This document shows, in pieces, positions 11,531 through 24,205 of a stretch of 43,321 bases of DNA (position 1 is its first letter; each line of letters begins with the position of its first letter). A program made the position numbers and the translations under genes. Source of the stretch: Chiloscyllium plagiosum (taxonomy: Eukaryota); the NCBI RefSeq assembly GCF_004010195.1, contig NC_057719.1:85552982-85596302 (forward strand), written 5' to 3'. Below the pieces are notes generated by a model. That model saw only the letters and a list, made by a program, of their open reading frames with translations, had not been told where the DNA came from and did not search any database.

Positions 11531-12911
11531 TGGTCGAAGCAGTTCGGTTAGGGTAGCCTTGAGGAGTTCGTTGAGTGTATCCATGATAGTTTTCTTGAAC
11601 AGTATGTAATGGAACCGATGAGAGAGCAAGCTAGCTAAGATCTGGTCCTGTGTAATAAGATAGGAATAATTAATGACCACATAGTTAGAGATCCTCTTGG
11701 AAGAAGTGATCACAGTATGATTGAATTTCAAATACAGAAGGAGAGTATGAAGATACCAGGGTCTTGGGCTTAAACAAGGGAGACTACAATAGAATGAGGG
11801 AGGACATGGCTAAAGTAGACTGGAAACAAAGATTTTATGGTGGGACAGTTGGTGAGCAGTGGAGGACTTTCAGAGCAATTTTTCAAAGTGCTGAGCAAAA
11901 GTATATTGCAGTGAAAAGGAAGGACTGTAAGAAAAGGGGTAATCTGCTATGGGTGTCTAAGGAAATAAGAGAGGCTATTAAATTGAAAGAGAAGGCCTTA
12001 CAAAGTGGCTGAAAACAGCATGAAACCTGAAGGTTAGGAAAACTTTAAAGGTCAACAGAAAACCACAAAAAGAAATATAAAGAAAAGTAAGATAGAACAT
12101 GAGAAGCACAGAATATAAAGACAGATAGCAAAAGTTTCTATCAATATTTAAAATGATTAAGAATTGCTAAAGTAAACGTTGGTCCTTTCAAGGATGAGAA
12201 GGGGAATTTAGTTATGGGATATGATGAAATGGCCAAGGCATTGAACAGGTAATTTGTATCAGTCTTCACAGTGGAGGACTCTAATAACATGCCAGTTATT
12301 GACAAAGAGACAAAGGTAGGTAAGGACCACAAGGTGTTGGTGAGGCCACACTTGGAGTACTGCGTGCAGATTTGGTCTCCTTACTTGAGTAAGGATGTAC
12401 TGGCACTGGAGGGGGTGCAGAGGAGGTTCACTAGGCTGGTTCTGGAGTTGACGGGGTTGGCTTATGAGGAGAGACTGAGTAGACTGGGATTATAATCATT
12501 GGAATTCAGAAGATTGAGGGGGGAATCTTATAGAAACATATAAAAATATGAAGGGAATAGATAAGATAGAAGTAGAGAGGATGTTCCAATGGCGGGTGAA
12601 ACTAGGACAAGAGGGTATAGCCTCAGGATGAGAGGGAACAGATTTCAGACTGAATTGAGAAAGAACTTCTTCACCCAGAGGGTTGTGAATCGATGGAATT
12701 CCTTGCCCAGGGAAGTAGTTGATGTTACTTCAGTAAAGCTTCAGGTTTTAAAGCTAAGGTAGATTTATTTTTGAACAATAAAGGAATTAAGGGACACAGT
12801 AAGAGTGCGGGTAAGTGGATCTGACTCCACGAAAAGATCAGCCATGATCTTATTGGATGGTGGAGCAGGCTCAACGGGCTGGATGGCCTACCCCTGCTCC
12901 TAGTGCTTGTG
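11531..12911 (+). mobile_element. CR1 LINE, 5'-truncated and internally deleted, nested in PLE copy C
   Basis: VRPHLEYCVQIWSPY motif and CR1 3' end; PLE sequence is collinear across the insert. Confidence 0.88.
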
Positions 12912-13355
12912 AATGTGATATACAACACACCATGCAGCAACTGTGAGATATGGGCAGGAAACTCACCACCAGAATACATGAACATCAGCTTACAACAAAA
13001 ATGGCAACACCAGCTCTCCCTCATCTCAATACACACTGACAATGAAGGACATGTATTCAACTTGGACAATGTTACGAGACTGGGACAGGCAAAACAAAGG
13101 CAAGCTCAGAAATGCCTGGAGGCCTGGTGTTCATCCACTGGTGCCAGAAACAAATGTGTTGAGATAGACCCCATTTACAGACCATTACAGCACAAAGCCA
13201 GAAACAGAAACACACACCATGACTGACAGAACGGTATAAATTCTGAGCAGATCATAACAACAGCGTTTCATCTGGAGCTGCACAGCACTGAAGATGTCAC
13301 AGAGTAAGGGGACAAAACAATTGCAAAAATAATCATCGGCTCAGTAAACTGACCA
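12912..13355 (+). mobile_element. Penelope-like element copy C, GIY-YIG region and 3' UTR
   Basis: NVIYNTPCSNCE...LEAW...EIDPIYRPLQ; homologous to copies A and B. Confidence 0.85.
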
Positions 13356-13360
13356 ATAAA

Positions 13361-13560
13361 CTAACCTCAATGCTGAACTCCAGTTTCCTAAACCTAACCC
13401 TTACACTAACCTCAGTGCTGAACTCGAGTCTCGTAAACCTAACCCTTACACTAACCCCAATGCTGAACTCGAGTCTCATAAACATAACCCTTACATTAAA
13501 CTCAATGTTGAACTCGAGTTTCCTAAACCTAACCCTTAAACTAACCTCAATGCAGATCCC
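13361..13560. repeat. 45-bp tandem repeat (~4.4 copies) grading into telomere-like satellite
   Basis: Units start at 13361, 13406, 13451, 13496 and 13541 (CTAACCTCAATGCTGAACTCGAGTTTCCTAAACCTAACCCTTACA-like). Confidence 0.9.
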
Positions 13561-13908
13561 CAAACTTCTAACCATAGCACTAACCTTAAATCTTACCCGA
13601 ACCCTAATCCATAACACTAACTCAAACCCTAAACCTGACTCTCATGCTAATCTAAGCCTAACACAAACACCAAACCTCACACTAACCTGAACATTAACCC
13701 TAGATCTTACCTTAACCCTAATCCTAACTATAGCACTAGCTCTAAACCCAAACCTAACTCTAACCCTAACCTTCACCCCTACACTGACACCAAACCTCAC
13801 AATGACCCTAACCCTAACCTTAACCCTAACACTGATCTAACATTAACCATCATCCTCACTCTAACCCTAACCCTAACACCTAACACTCACACTAACCCTC
13901 ACCCTAAC
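13561..13908 (-). repeat. Degenerate CCCTAA-like satellite
   Basis: CCCTAA variants. Confidence 0.9.
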
Positions 13909-13996
13909 TTGATCAGAAGCTGTGCCCATTGACTGTGAGCTAGTAGATGTGAGACACACTTAAGAAGTATCCAGAGATATCAGGGCAGCGGGGACT

Positions 13997-14082
13997 GGCA
14001 CAAGCAGTGGAAGACCCCATCTGGGGACCAACTGCAAGCGGCACAAGCAGTGGAAGACCCAATCTGGGGACCAACTGCAAGC
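13997..14082. repeat. 43-bp tandem duplication
   Basis: GGCACAAGCAGTGGAAGACCC(C/A)ATCTGGGGACCAACTGCAAGC twice. Confidence 0.9.
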
Positions 14083-14089
14083 AAGATTT

Positions 14090-14260
14090 GGGGCATGGAT
14101 GGAGTGGAGAAAGAGCAGTTGGTTCTCCTTTGATTAACGGTCAGTCACGAGGGGACACAGGTTCATGGTGAGGGGCAGGAGGTTCAGGAGGGATGTGAGG
14201 GAAAACCTTGTTAACTCGAGGGTGGTGTCTGTCTGAATGTGCTGCCTGGTGGGTGTTGTT
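14090..14260 (+). mobile_element. CR1 3' fragment
   Basis: Resembles the ORF2 C-terminal segment of other CR1s in the window. Confidence 0.55.
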
Positions 14261-14459
14261 GATGCAAATGTTGCTGATCCTGAAATTTTGCCCTGTGCCC
14301 TCATAGTCCCACTGGGGTCAGGTCAGCAGACAGCTGGAGAAAGGGTCACAGCTGAAAATGGCCACTTCCGCCATCATCTGCTCATTGTCATCCATTGGGA
14401 AAATCTGACGCAAAACCTGAAAAATATTCCTGGGCGTTTCCAGTCCTGTGTGTTTCAAC

Positions 14460-14935
14460 CCCACTTCCTTATCCATTTGTGGGGCATGGGCATCACTGAG
14501 CAGGTCACCATTCATTGCTTGGATCATGCTGCCTGTTCACTGAGGGGATTGTTAGACCATTTCAAACCACTACTCAATATTAACCATGGTGCTGAGACTG
14601 GAGGTTTCTCTGGAGCAGTGGTAGTGTCCCAACCTCTGAGACAGGAAGCCCATTGGCAAGTCCCACCTGCTCCAGAGCGTGTGCCATAACATTCATGAAC
14701 AGGTTGGTGAAGGAAATATGTCAGCCAGCCCAGGTAAGGACAGCAGATTTCCATCCCTGAAAGATAACAATGAACAAAATGAAGTTTTACAACAGCCAGT
14801 GATAATTATTATGGTCACCATTACGACACATTTATCAAATGTAATTTGCTCAGATTTGAACCCATGTTCCCCGGGCAATATCCTGAGCCTCTAAATTACT
14901 CTAGTCCAGTTACATTCCCACTGTGTCCCCACCTC
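14460..14935 (-). mobile_element. Old tRNA-derived SINE remnant, probably interrupted by a second SINE head at ~14610-14715
   Basis: Minus-strand B-box-like GGTTCAAATC near 14860; recalled similarity to shark SINEs; family not assigned. Confidence 0.4.
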
Positions 14936-15119
14936 AATAAACTTGTCATCATTGTCCCAGGAACAAAGAACGTGAACTAAGAGAAACAGGTTGAACCTAT
15001 TGATGTCTAGAATCCTCACTTAGACTCTTCACACTCACCTACCCATGGACTACACACTGTATATCTCTCCAACATCTCACTCTTTAGTCTTTGCTAAGTA
15101 ATAGGTTCCTAAGGCAATG

Positions 15120-16410
15120 CTGCCCCATTCTTATCTCCATTCTGAAAGGGCTTCCCTTTTCTCTAACGCTTTTTCCTCAGGTTCTAGTCACTCCGACCAA
15201 TGGAAACTTCTTCCCAACATCTACTCTGTCCAGGCCATTCAGTATTCTGTATGTTTCAATTAGATCCCCCCCTTCCTTCTCATCTCAAACGTTCTTCATA
15301 TGTTAAGCTTTTCATCCCTGGGACCATTCTCATGAACCTCCTCTGAACATGATCCAAGGCCAGTACACATTTCCTGAGATATGGGGCCCAAAACTGTACA
15401 TGATATGCCAATGTGGTCTGACCAGAGCCTTATAGAGGCTCTGCTTTTATATTCAAGTCCTGTCAAAATAAATGTCATCATTGCATTTGCTTTTCTAACT
15501 ACTGACTGAACCTACAAGTTTACCTTGAGAGAATCTGGGACTAGAAAACCCAAGTCTCCTTACACTTCAGACTTCTGAATTTTCTCCCCATTTAAAAAAA
15601 GTCATCCATGCCTCAATTCTCCCTACCAAAGTGTATTACCTCACACTTTTCCATGTTGTACTCCATCTGCAACTTTGCCCTCTGTCCTTACCATCCAAAT
15701 CCATCTGCCTCCTCAATGCTACCTGTCATTCTACCTTTGTATCATCTGCAAAATTAGCTGGAATACCCTCAGTTCCTTCATCTAGACTGTTAATGTATAA
15801 AGTGAAAAATTGCAGTCCCAACACTGAGCCTTGCGGAACACCACTTGTAGTTGCCATCCTGAGAAGGACCCTTTTGTCACAACTCTCTGCTTTCTGCCAG
15901 ACAACTAGTCTTCTATCCATGCGAGCACCTTGCCTCTAATACCATGGGCCCTTGTCTTGCTCAATAGCCTCTTCTGAGGCATCTTGTCAAAGGCCTTCTT
16001 GAAGTCCAGGCAGGTAATATCCATTGGCTGTCCTTGGTCTAACCTGCTCATTATTTCTTCAAAGAATGCTAGAAGATTTATCAGGCATGACCTCCCTTTG
16101 ATGAAACCATGCTGACTTTGCTCTATTTCACCATACACTTCCAAATATTCAGAAATCTCATCCTTCACAATGGATTCCAGGATCTTCCCCACGACCAAGA
16201 TTAGGCCAATCAGTCTGTAATTGTCCATCTTTTGCCTTACTTACGTTTTAAACAGGGGTGTCACATTAGCAATTTTCCAATCCTCTGATTCTAGTGATTT
16301 CTGAAAGATCACTGCTAATGCCTTCACCATCTCTTCTGCTATCTCCCTCATAAATCTGGGGTGCAGTCCATCAGTCAACCTTCAGGCCATTCAGCTTTTC
16401 TAGCAATGTG
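15120..16410 (-). mobile_element. CR1 LINE RT region, decayed
   Basis: QHGFIKGRSCLINLL, DFKKAFDK, SGVPQGSVLG and FADDTK on the minus strand. Confidence 0.9.
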
Positions 16411-17089
16411 ACACTTCTGATGTCCTCCTGGTGACTCTGTGTAGCACCCATTCCAAGGTTTATTCAATCCCCCAAACTATGATGGCCACAACTGAATGCA
16501 ACCTACAGATATGCTCTGTATAGCCTGAACACAATTTCAACACCAATTAATCTTAAGATAAAGGCCAACATTCCATTAGACTTGTGGGAATAACTTGTTG
16601 AGCGTATCCATGACATTAAATCATGTCATATTTGATATAAATTCCCTTCTCATTGACTGTTCCAATCCTTGTTCCATTTACAAAATGTTCTGATCAATCT
16701 TTTCTGGACCCTAATTAGATGACAGTGCTGTCTGAGTTGCATTCTCTCACAGTATCCAGCTCTCTTTGCAACTTGCTTCTCCAGACTCACTCAGTGTTGT
16801 CAGCAAAGTGAGGCAAGTTTCTGTTTATTCCTTCATCATTGCAATTTTCTCAAGGACAATTCGAGATGGATAATAAATGACAGCTTTACGGTGATGCTCA
16901 AATCTCACCAACAAATCCCTGAGGGAGCAATACCAGTTACATTTGAAATGTTTGAAACCCATGGTTCTGACTATCTGTCTCCCACGGTTTGACAAAAACC
17001 TCATTCCCAGTCAATAGATTTTCTCCTGATCAATGTTCTCTAATCTAAGACCCCGTGTTAATGTTCTGGGGGCATGAGTTTAAATCCCA

Positions 17090-18120
17090 TCATAGCTGCT
17101 GTTTGAGTTTAATATGTTGACTGATTTCCACTTGTTTTTCAACCACCATAGGCAGCACTCCTATCTGTGAACCAGCTATATTGTTAACAAGGACAAATTG
17201 TATTCCTGGAGCTGAGAGTTTGTCCAGTAGTCCTACACAATTTCTCCACTCTTCACTGGACACTCTAACCTCACTCTGCATAATTGAGCACTTTTTGTCT
17301 CCACTTGGATTTCTGTTACTAGCACATTTTCTGGTTAAAATCCTTCTGAGGTACATATCTCCTCATCTTTCAACATCAAAGATTGAGAGGATCTTGTACC
17401 TCTTAATATTGGAACCTCTTTATCTGCTGATCCTGGGCTATGTGAGTAAACGCTACCATCACAGGTTTATGGTTTAAGAAGATAGAACATAGAACATAGA
17501 AGAATACAGCGCAGTACAGGCCCTTGGGCCCTCGATGTTGCGCCGATCCAAGCCCACCCAAAGTGCTCACCTACCTCTAATTCTAACACCTGGAAGATCT
17601 TTCTTCCTTTCCTTGCTCTCTTTCTCTTTTTTTATTTTTTCTGCTAAAGCGATTTGTTCTTTTTCTCCTTCCTCTGCTTTTAATCATAATTCAAACAGTC
17701 TTTTTCTTGCCCATTGCTTGTCTTTTGCGTCTAACTCAAACTGCCTCATTTCTAATTAAATTTTAGCTGTCCCCAAAGATTCTGATGGCACTTCCAGCAA
17801 ATCTCAATGCTGAGCTATGGCAGTAATTATCTCTCCTTTCCTCCCGGAAGGAGGCAGCTCCAACTCCAGCTTGACTGCCAATTCCAGCTGCTTGGCCTTA
17901 TTCACCTTTTGTAAAACCCCCCAAAGTCACTTCTTCCACACCCAGAAAACCCTTTGTGACTTAGTGACTATCCAAAGCAGTGTTTAAGCTAACCAGAATC
18001 AACACCCAGAATAAAAGACACTAACAACTGTCACGCGCAGCCTTTGAGTCCAATAACCCTAATCCCAACCTGGAAATATAGAAAAAATTCTGCAAAGAGC
18101 CCGAAATCTGTTATGGACCA
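17090..18120 (-). mobile_element. Gypsy (Gmr1-like) LTR retrotransposon remnant: gag N-terminus and aspartic protease
   Basis: Minus strand gives ILRGTRSSQS (degenerate LRDTG protease motif), GIQFVLVNNIAGS, and a coiled-coil gag-like LELAVKLEL...GEIITAIAQH; possible LTR end (..ATAACA) near 18110. Confidence 0.6.
17482..17560 (-). mobile_element. Short CR1 3'-terminal fragment nested in the Gypsy remnant
   Basis: Reverse complement of a (TTCTATG)n tail like that at 22843-22865. Confidence 0.65.
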
Positions 18121-18385
18121 GATTACAACGGGATCTTGATCAGATGGGCTAATGGGCTGAGAAGTGGCAGATGGAGTTTAATTTAGATAAATGCAAAGTG
18201 CTGCATTTTGGGAAGCAACTCTTAGCAGGACTTATACATTTAATGGTAAGGTCCTAGGGAGTGTTGCTGAACAAAGAGACTTTGGAGTGCAGGTTCATAA
18301 CTCCTTGAAAGTGGAGTCGCAGGTAAATAGGACGAAGGCGTTTGGTATGCTCTCCTTTATTGGTCAGAGTATTGAGTACAGGAGG
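18119..18385 (+). mobile_element. CR1 RT fragment
   Basis: Closely similar to 487-760. Confidence 0.85.
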
Positions 18386-18399
18386 TTCACAACAGCTAA

Positions 18400-18760
18400 A
18401 GGACAATGTTTGGTGTTTTCCCACATTGGAACCCTGTACCAAGGCAGCTGCAACAGGAAATGCAAAACCAGAAGAAGCATTTGCAGCGTGACTAATCACA
18501 GGAACACCCGAATGTAGCAAGACATGGAGAAGGGGTGGCCTTCCACAAGGACCAAGGAAGCATCCAGATATCAAACCATTCTGGAAAGCAGGTGGCAGGA
18601 AAGGCTATTGGCACAGACAGGACCCTACAGCATCAGCTACTGCATCTACAAAAACCTGTGCACTCCCCCAAACAGACCATGCACAAGGAATATGTCCAAG
18701 CTATAATAAAGACTGTCTGGTACCCCATCCACAGACGGAACATCAAGTGATCGATGAACC
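18400..18760 (+). mobile_element. Highly decayed PLE-like fragment
   Basis: Weak resemblance to 11200-11450. Confidence 0.3.
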
Positions 18761-19029
18761 AACGTCTGGTACTTGCCTTTACCAGTCTGGGCATAGAATA
18801 GAACAGGAACGTGGTCATGTTGGAACCACACTGAACTGGGATGAGGCCACAGCTGGGATACTGTGGGCAGTTTTAGTCTCGGTCCTAGAGGAAGGATGGA
18901 ATTGCACTGGAGTGGGTGCAGAGGAGATTGACCAGGATGTTGCCCTGGGATGGAAAGGTTTAGCTCTGAAAACAGGCTGGATAGGCTCAGGTGGTGGGGC
19001 TCGGGGATTCACTGTCTGGGTGAACTTGG

Positions 19030-22000
19030 CTGCAGTTGGAGTGGGAGGAGTGACATCGAGGGATTCAGGAGGTGGAGGGGGTTATTGAGAAGAGTCACAG
19101 GGGGGTAGTCACACCTCAGGTACAAGAAGAAGGTAGATGGGTTACCGTCAGGGGACGGAAAGGGAACCGGCAGGCAGTGCAGGGATCCCCTGTGGCCGTT
19201 CCCCTCAACAACAAGTATACTGTTTTGGATACAGTTGGTGGGGGAATGACTGACCGCAGTAAGCAATGGGGTACAGGTCTGTGGCACAGAGCCTGGTCCT
19301 GTTGCTCAGAAAGGAACGGGGAAGAGGAGCAGATCAGTGGGGGCTCCATAGTTGGGGGGACAGGTAGGAGGTTCTGTGGGAAGGAGAGAGACTCACGGTT
19401 GGTGTGTTGCCTCCCAGGGGCAGGGGATCGTGATGCCTCTCGTCATGTTTTTGGGATCCTTGAGGGGGAGGGGGTCCACATAGGCACCAATGACCTACGT
19501 AGGAAGATTTAATAGATAGGAATTTATGGCAGAAATTCAGGGAGTGAGGGAGGAAGTTTGGAGCTGGAACAAACAGAGTTGTTATCTTTGGTTTATTGTC
19601 CATGCCAGATGCTCATGAAGCGAGGAATAGGGAGAGAGAGGAGTTGAACATGAGGCTACAGGGATGGTGCAGGAGGGAGGGTTTTGTATTCCTGGATAAT
19701 TGGTGCTCATTTTGTGGTAGGTGGGAACTCTACAAACAGATTGGTCTTCACTTGAACCATAGGGGTACCAATATCCTGGGGAGGAAATTTGCTAATGCTC
19801 TTTGGGTGGGTTTCCACTAATTCAGTGGGGGGATGGGCACCTAAATTGCAATTCCATATAAGAGAGGTTGAGAGTAGTGCAGTCAGAACATAGATTTCAA
19901 GATTGCAAGAAGGCAAGCAAGAAGCCGGTTTGAAGTGTGTCTACTTTGACACCAGGAGCATCCAGAATAAGGTGGGTGAACTTGCAGCAAGGGTTGGTAC
20001 CTGGGACTTTGATGCTGTGGCCATTTCAGGGACATGGGTAGAGCAAGGACAGGAATGGTTAGTGCAGGTTCCGGGATTTAGATGTTTCAGTCAGAACAGA
20101 GAAGATGGTATAAGAGGGTGAGATGTGACATTGTTAGTCAAGGACAGTATTACAGTGGCACAAAGGACTTTTGAGGACTCGTCTACTGAGGTAGTATGGG
20201 CTGAGATCGGAAACAGGAAAGGAAAGGTTACCCTGTTGGGAGTTTACTATAGGCCTCCAAATAGTTCCAGAGATGTAGAGGATAGGCTGGCAAAGATGAT
20301 CCTCGACAGGAGCGAGAGTGACAGGGTAGTTGTTATGGGGGACTTGAACTTTGCAAATATTGATTGGGAATACTGTAGTTCAAGTACTTTAGATGGGTCA
20401 GTTTTTGTCCAATGTGTGCAGGAGGGTTTCCGACTTAGTCCTTAGACAGGCCAACAAGGGGCGAGGCCACATTAGACTTGGTACTGTGTAATAAACCCGG
20501 CTTAGATTTGGAGGTAGAGAGCACTTTGGTGATAGTGACCACAATTCGGTTATGTTTACATGAGTGATGGAAAGGGATAGTTATAAACCGCAGGGCCAGA
20601 GTTACAACTGGAGGAAAAGACAATTATGATACGATTAGACAAGATTTTGGAATGCGTAGGATGGGAAAGGAACTGCAGGGATGGGTACAATTGAAATGTG
20701 GAGCTTATTCAAGGAACAGCTACTCTGTGTCCTTGCTGAGTGTATACCTGTCAGGCAGGGAGGAAGTTAACAAGTGCAGGAGCCATGGTTTACGAAGGAA
20801 GTTGAATCTCTTGTCAAGAGGAAGGAGGTGGTTTATGTCAGAATGAGATGTAATGGTTCAGTTAGGGTGCTTGAGAGTTACAGGTTAGCCAGGAAAGACC
20901 TAAAGAGAGAGCTAAGAAGAGCCAGGAGGGGACATGAGAAGTCATTAGCAGGTTGGATGAAGGAAAACTAGATAAAAACAAGGACTGCTGATGTTGGAAA
21001 TCAGAATCTAGATTAGAGTGGTGCTGAAAAAGCACAGAAGATCAGGCAGCATCTGAGGAGCTGGAAAATCGCCATTTCGGGCAAAAACCTTCATCAGGAA
21101 TGAAGGAAAACCCCAAGGCTTTCTAGAGGCATATCAGGAATAAAAGAATGACAAGAGTAAGATTAGGGCCAATCAAGGATAGTAGTGGGAAATTGTGATT
21201 AGAATCAGAGGAGATACAGGAAGTGCTAAGTGAATACTTTTCGTCAGTATTCACACTACAAAAAGACAATGTGGTCAAGGAGAATACCGAGATACAGGCT
21301 GCAAGACTAGATAGGATTGAGGTGCATTCGGAGGAGGTGTTAGCAATTGTGGAAAGTGTAAAATAGATAAATCCCCTGGTTCAGATGGGATTTATCATAG
21401 GATTCTCTGGGAAGCCAGGGAGGAGATTGTCGAGCCTTTGGCTTTGATCTTTATGTCGTCATAGTCTACAGGAATAGTGTCAGAAGACTGGAGGATAGCA
21501 AATGTCCCCGTGTTCAAGAAGGGGAGTAGAGACGACCCTGGAAATTATAGACCTGTGAGCCTCACTTCGTTGTGGGTAAAGTGTTGGAAAGGGTTATAAG
21601 AGATATGATTTATAATCATCGAGAGAGGAATAAGTTGATTAGAGATGGTTTTGTGAATGGTAGGTCGTGCCTCACAAACCTTATTGAGTTCTTTGAGAAG
21701 ATGACCAAACAGGTGGATGAGGGTAAAGTGGTTGGTGTGGTGTATATGGATTTCAATAAGGTGTTTGATAAGATTCCCCACGGTGGGCTATTGCACAAAA
21801 CACAGAGGCAGGGAATAATGGTGATTTAGTAGTTTGGATCAGAAATTGGCTAGCTGAAAGAAGACAGAGGGTGGTGGGTGATTAGAAATATTCATCCTTG
21901 AATTCAGTTACTTGTGGGGTATCACAAGGATCTGTTTTGGGTCCAATGCTGTTTGCCATTTTTATAAATGAAGGCATAGAAGGATGGGTTAGTAAATTTG

Positions 22001-22865
22001 TGGATTACACTAAGGTCAGTAGAGTTGTGGATAGTGACAATGGATGTTTTGGGTTACAAAGAGACATAGATAAGCTGCAGAGCTGGGCTGAGAGGTGGCA
22101 AATGGAGTTTAATGCAGAAACGTGTGAAGTGATTCACTTTGGAAGGAGTAACAAGAATGCAGAGTACTGGGCTAATGTAAGACTCTTGGTAAAGTAGATG
22201 AGCAGAGAGATCTCGATGTCCAGATACATAAATCCTTGAAGTCACCCAGGGTGATATGGTTGTTAAGGAAGTATACGGTGTGTTCGGTTTTTTTGGGGGA
22301 GGGATTGAGTTTTGGAACCATGAGGTCATGCTGCACCTGTACAAAACTCTCGTGCAGCCACAGTATTGTGTACAATTCTGGTCACCGCATTATTGGAAGG
22401 ATGTGGAAGCTTTGGAAAGGGTTCAGAGGAGATTTACCAGATTGTTGCCTGGTATGGAGGGAAGATCTTATGAGGAAAGGCTGAGGGATTCGAGGCTGTT
22501 TCATGAGAGAGAGAAGGTTGAGAGGTGACCTAATTGAGACATATAAGATAATCAGAGGGTTAGATAGGGTGGACAGTGAGAGCCTTTTTCCTCAGATGGC
22601 GATGGCTAGCACGAGGGGACATCGCTTTAAATTGAAGGATGATAGATATAGGACAGATGTCAGAGGTAGTTTCTTTACTTAGAGAGTAGTAGGGTCGTGG
22701 AATGCACTGTTTGCAACAGTAGTAGACTCGCCAACTTTAAGGGCATTTAAATGGTCACTGGATAGGCTTATGGATGAGAATGGAATAGCGTAGGTTAGAT
22801 GGGCTTCAAATTGGTTCTACAGTCAGTGCAACATCGAGGGCTGTAATGTTCTATATGTTCTATAT
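19030..22865 (+). mobile_element. Near full-length decayed CR1: ORF1 (SGNH esterase-like) and ORF2 (APE, RT)
   Basis: VCCLPGA, HIGTND and GLHLN (ORF1); YYRPPNS and MGDLNF (APE); DFNKVFDKIPH and YCVQFWSP (RT); TTCTATATGTTCTATAT tail. Confidence 0.92.
20969..21099 (-). mobile_element. Hammerhead-core mini-element, copy 2 (more diverged), nested in CR1
   Basis: 12-bp TSD ATGAAGGAAAAC at 20957-20968 and 21100-21111; minus strand CUGAUGA...GCCC-GAAA. Confidence 0.8.
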
Positions 22866-23289
22866 CTGGCAGGTAACCTCACAGCCTTTACAAAGCATGT
22901 GGATAAACACTTGAAATGCTTTAACAAACAAGGCCATTGGCCAAGTGCGAGAAAATGGGACTCATGTCGATTGAGAGCAGTATTTTGTTGGTTCTGACTT
23001 CAGCACTGTATGATTCTGTGTCTTTACTGTTCGGAAATAGGCTCTCAAAATATTTAACATGCAAATTATTCAATGAAATAGAATAGTGATAACTGAGCAT
23101 CTGCATTATGTGGGAGTTGGTGGCTACCAGTGTGATTCAAGTAGCCTTGGCCATTGCCTTCTCCAGGGGTGTAGGGTGTAGGTTACACCCTACACACTAA
23201 ATCTCAACCTGAGCTACAAACCTTCAGAAACCTTGCGAATGCCTTCTCCAGTTGGTACAAGTTCCTTGCTCTCAGTGCGGAGGACAGCA

Positions 23290-23460
23290 CAGCCGTCAGG
23301 GGGATGACGGAACTATTATTCTCTGCAGCAAACACAGAGAGTCCTGAAGGCTGTGTTCTCAACCTGGTGCCAAGGTTCGGGACATCTCTTCCGTGCTGAA
23401 CAGGAACTTGGAGCGGGATGGGAAGCATCGAGTTACCATGGTCCATGTCAGTATTAATGA
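23290..23460 (+). mobile_element. CR1 ORF1 esterase-like fragment
   Basis: Degenerate PGAKVRD...VHV motif similar to 19400-19495. Confidence 0.45.
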
Positions 23461-23553
23461 CTCTTCCTGTCAAATAAAACCAACAACCATCGGGAGAACA
23501 AATTCTAAAAAGATACAGACATTTAAGATTGAATTGAACTGAAATGATCCACA

Positions 23554-23803
23554 NNNNNNNNNNNNNNNNNNNNNNNNNNNNNNNNNNNNNNNNNNNNNNN
23601 NNNNNNNNNNNNNNNNNNNNNNNNNNNNNNNNNNNNNNNNNNNNNNNNNNNNNNNNNNNNNNNNNNNNNNNNNNNNNNNNNNNNNNNNNNNNNNNNNNNN
23701 NNNNNNNNNNNNNNNNNNNNNNNNNNNNNNNNNNNNNNNNNNNNNNNNNNNNNNNNNNNNNNNNNNNNNNNNNNNNNNNNNNNNNNNNNNNNNNNNNNNN
23801 NNN
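23554..23803. other. Assembly gap (250 N)
   Basis: N run. Confidence 1.
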
Positions 23804-24019
23804 CCCAGTTTTGTTATTTGTTTTAAAGAGTGAGTTTTGTTTTCCTATATGTGGATTTGATGATTTTTAACAAATCCAGATGAAAGTCTCTCTTATTATC
23901 AGTTGTTCTGCTTGGAACAATTCTGTTGAGTGAACCAAAGTATTTGTGCTCACGGTGTGACCCACATAGAGTAGTGGGGCTTGCTCAGAAGCTCATGTGA
24001 TCCTAGCAGATCATAGAGC

Positions 24020-24205
24020 TGCTGTCTCATGAGAGAGAAAAGTGGCGGTGGTTTAACCTGAGGGTCACCACACCTCATGTGAGGGGAAGATTTGAGAAGG
24101 TGGAGTCCTTTGTGGTAACCTCAGCTGGTGCAGGAATTGAACACATGTTGTTTGAATCAGTCTACATTGTGGACCAGCTGTACAGCCAAATGATCTAACT
24201 AATCA
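24020..24205 (-). mobile_element. Old tRNA-derived SINE remnant
   Basis: Minus-strand B box GTTCAATTCC at ~24133-24142 with an A-box-like segment upstream. Confidence 0.45.

Noticed and set aside
19030..22865. Active CR1 or domesticated esterase/RT
   Set aside because: Multiple stops, frameshifts, deletions and a nested insertion
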